Source: Eledone cirrhosa
Lineage: Eukaryota
Direction: 5' to 3'
Assembly: GCA_964016885.1 (NCBI GenBank)
Contig: OZ024744.1
Coordinates: 69,998,001 to 70,062,000, forward strand
Length of the DNA stretch: 64,000 bases
Positions 61,430 to 64,000 of the stretch are shown here, in pieces; the first letter of the stretch is position 1, and the number at the start of each line of letters is the position of its first letter. A program made the position numbers and the translations under genes. A model generated the notes under the pieces. The model saw only the letters and a list, made by a program, of their open reading frames with translations. It was not told where the DNA came from and ran no database searches.

Positions 61430-63730
61430 AACAAGAGGAAGGCATCGACGACAACAGTGACGTTAACAACAACAACTCTACCATTAACAAGAGGAAGCAT
61501 CAGTGACTCACCTCCAGCCACAAGGTCCTATGACAAACTGCTAAGTTGCTCGCATGTGTGCGTGCTGAACTCTGGGTCTTTCCGCTGGGAACAACCCCCT
61601 GTCCCCCCCCCCCTTTTTTGTACATTCATCCATTCACTCATTCATTTACTAACATTCTACCTTCCTGTGTCTCACCCTCCATGCAACCCCTTCTTTTCTC
61701 TCTTGTTTTCTGACACCTCCATATATATAGGTGAGCTATGAGGCCTTCTTACCAGCACTTTCCCTCCCACCCACACACGCCAGTCACCCACCCCTGATGC
61801 CGCTCGGTACCCCAGTCCCCGGCCCCACGCCCCATCACCATCCTTCCAAACCGACACCTGCAGCACTTGCAGCACCACTAACAAATGGAAGAGGGGCCGG
61901 AACTGTCTGGGGTGTGGCTGCTTCCACCACCTCACCTGCGTTGGCTTGACTCGTCGAGCTTCCAATGCCCTCGCAGATTGGAGGTGCAGGAGCTGCCTCT
62001 TTCCCACGTCTTCTCAACCACGGCCGTCTGGCACACCACTAGATGGGACAGCGAGCTTGTCTGACGCCCGAGCCTTGCTGGTCAACATCTCTCGGCTCAG
62101 GCGGCTCCGGAAGATCCCACTCAGGATCCCGAGAACGGCACGGGTGCCGGTAGCCGATGCCCTCACCTCCTCGATTGAGAGCGCCCTGGACTCCAATCGA
62201 TCCAGTGACTGGGAGCGGTTGCTCTATTTCGCCCCACTCGCCCTCGGCCTCCCCAGCTCTGGCGCTGACCGGGTCGGCCGGTCAATAGCAGACTTCGTCA
62301 AGGCCAATGTCTCGTCCTTTGGGCGAGCGCCCATTCCAAGCGTGCCCAGGGACGCCACACACCCCACCCTCAGGTACCCCTTATCCTCCACCCCTGAGGC
62401 CAGCGCCTAGCGTTTTCGTGACCAAGTAAACGCCAAGCTTATCATGGGTGATGTCTCGGCCGCAGTCAGAGTTGTTCCCACCGAGGAGGTCCTGGCTGCT
62501 CTGCGACTCAAACACCCTGAGCCACCCACTGATCTCAGACCCATACCCTCACCCGACCCCCACTTGCTCCTTGTGGCTTCTGATGCAGACATCATGTCCG
62601 CCATCAGTTGCTTCCCAGCTAGCAGGTGCGGAGGTGTTGATGGTCTCCAACCAGGCCACCTCAAGGAGTTGACATCCCCCCTCTCCGCTGAGGCCGGGCG
62701 CCGTCTTCTGAGTGAAATTGTAGTGCTCACCACTAAGCTCATCCATGGTGCCCAGGACCTTTACGCCCGTGGCCTCTTTTTTTCGGCCAACCTCACCGCT
62801 CTCAGGAAGAAAGAGAGTGGCATACGCCCCATTGCTGTGGGCAATGTATTCCGGAGGCTGACTGCCAAGGTGATCTGCAAGTCCGTAACACACGAAATGG
62901 GTGAGGAGTTTAGTCAGGTGCAACTAGGTGTCGGCGTGTCCGGTGGTTGCGAGGAGGCCGCTCATGCAACCAGGCAGTTCTTCAACAGCTGCCCATCAGA
63001 ACCGGCATCCAGGGACTCCAGGCACCTCATTGTCAAGCTTGACATGAGGAATGCCTTCAACTCTCTACGCCGGGATAATCTGCTCGAGGCCTGCCTCAGC
63101 TGAGCCCCCCCCTGCCTACCCGCTGGCCGACCTGTCATATGGAGCACCAAGCATGCTCCTTGCTGCTGATACAGTCATACCCTCGGCTACTGGGGTCCAA
63201 CAGGGTGACCCTTTGGGACCCCTCCTGTTCGGTATTGACCACATCGCCCAGAGTATCACGGCCCCTCTCAACATTTGGTATCTGGATGATGCTACCTTGG
63301 GCAGGCCCGTACAGACGGTCTACCATGACCTTCAATCGGTGGTTCCTGCCCTGGCGGGAATCGGCCTCCAGGTCAACTCCGCCAAGTCGGAGGTGGTGAA
63401 CGTCAGCCTCGATGTTGCGAGCTTTGCAGCCTCTTTCTTGGACGTGCGGTCCATTCTCCGCCAGGTTCAGGTGACCCTCAAAGAGGATGTCCTCATCCTC
63501 GGATCACCGATCCACCCACCGGCCATCCGCTCCACCATCAGGTCCAGGCTTCAACAGCTCCAGACTCTCACGAGCCGACTGGGCTTGACTGACGGCCACC
63601 CAGCTCTCTTTCTGCTGAGGAACTGCTTCGCCATGCCGAAGCTCCTCTATACACTCCGCAGCGCTCCGTGCTACACCCAGACATCTCTCCTCGCTGACCT
63701 CGATACTTGTATCCGAGCAGCAGCCGAATG
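61430..63730 (+). mobile_element. CRE-clade non-LTR retrotransposon (N-terminal Cys-rich region plus RT), frameshifted and 3'-truncated
   Basis: LRLKHP, GGVDGLQPGHLKEL, ANLTALRKKESGIRPIAVGNVFRRL, QLGVGVSGGCE, KLDMRNAFNS, GVQQGDPLGPLLF, WYLDDATL. GC-rich island. Confidence 0.9.
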
Positions 63731-63758
63731 TTTTTTAACCTTCATATCATGTCTCCCT

Positions 63759-63827
63759 ATTTTATCTGACGAAAACGCAAATGTCATCTCATGATGATAA
63801 TTGTTTTTGAAATGCGCATAATAAAAT
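63759..63827 (+). ncRNA. Type I hammerhead ribozyme (ATTTTAT family)
   Basis: ATTTTAT CTGACGA AAACGCAAATGTCATC-tcat-GATGATAATTGTTTTT GAAA TGCGCA TA ATAAAAT. Palindromic stem III TGCGCA. Confidence 0.87.
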
Positions 63828-63858
63828 ACATGGAACTCTTTTAACCATCTTTTGATCT

Positions 63859-63917
<59 letters not shown>

Positions 63918-63964
63918 AACAAAAGATGGTTAAAAGAGTTCCATGTATTTTATTATGCGCATTT
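63810..63964. repeat. Inverted repeat centred on a (TA)n array
   Basis: AAATGCGCATAATAAAATACATGGAACTCTTTTAACCATCTTTTG.TCTTAT is mirrored after the TA run. Confidence 0.9.
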
Positions 63965-64000
63965 ATTGTACTACAATAAAACTCACCTCCTACATATATA

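Overview
Eukaryotic, AT-rich, repeat-saturated DNA. The mix of microsatellites, SINEs and LINEs resembles a coleoid cephalopod (Octopus-like) genome; this is an inference. No complete host gene is identifiable, only a few candidate exons. Mobile elements: CR1, L1/Tx1, RTE, R4/Dong-like and CRE-like non-LTR retrotransposon relics, a nearly full-length Ty3/Gypsy element plus a solo LTR, an internally deleted mariner, hAT- and piggyBac-like non-autonomous elements, and two tRNA-derived SINE families. The main signal not shown by the ORF track is about 15 minimal type-I hammerhead ribozyme motifs (CUGANGA...GAAA...UH, pairing stems I and II, short palindromic stem III), folded here by eye. They fall into several sequence families, mostly lie beside (TA)n arrays and often sit in long inverted repeats, as expected of Penelope-like pseudo-LTR or retrozyme footprints. 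They are densest at 57.3-63.9 kb. All three Gypsy LTRs end TGTA...TAAA instead of TG...CA and are mosaics of one another. Repeat boundaries are approximate unless a TSD or TIR is quoted.
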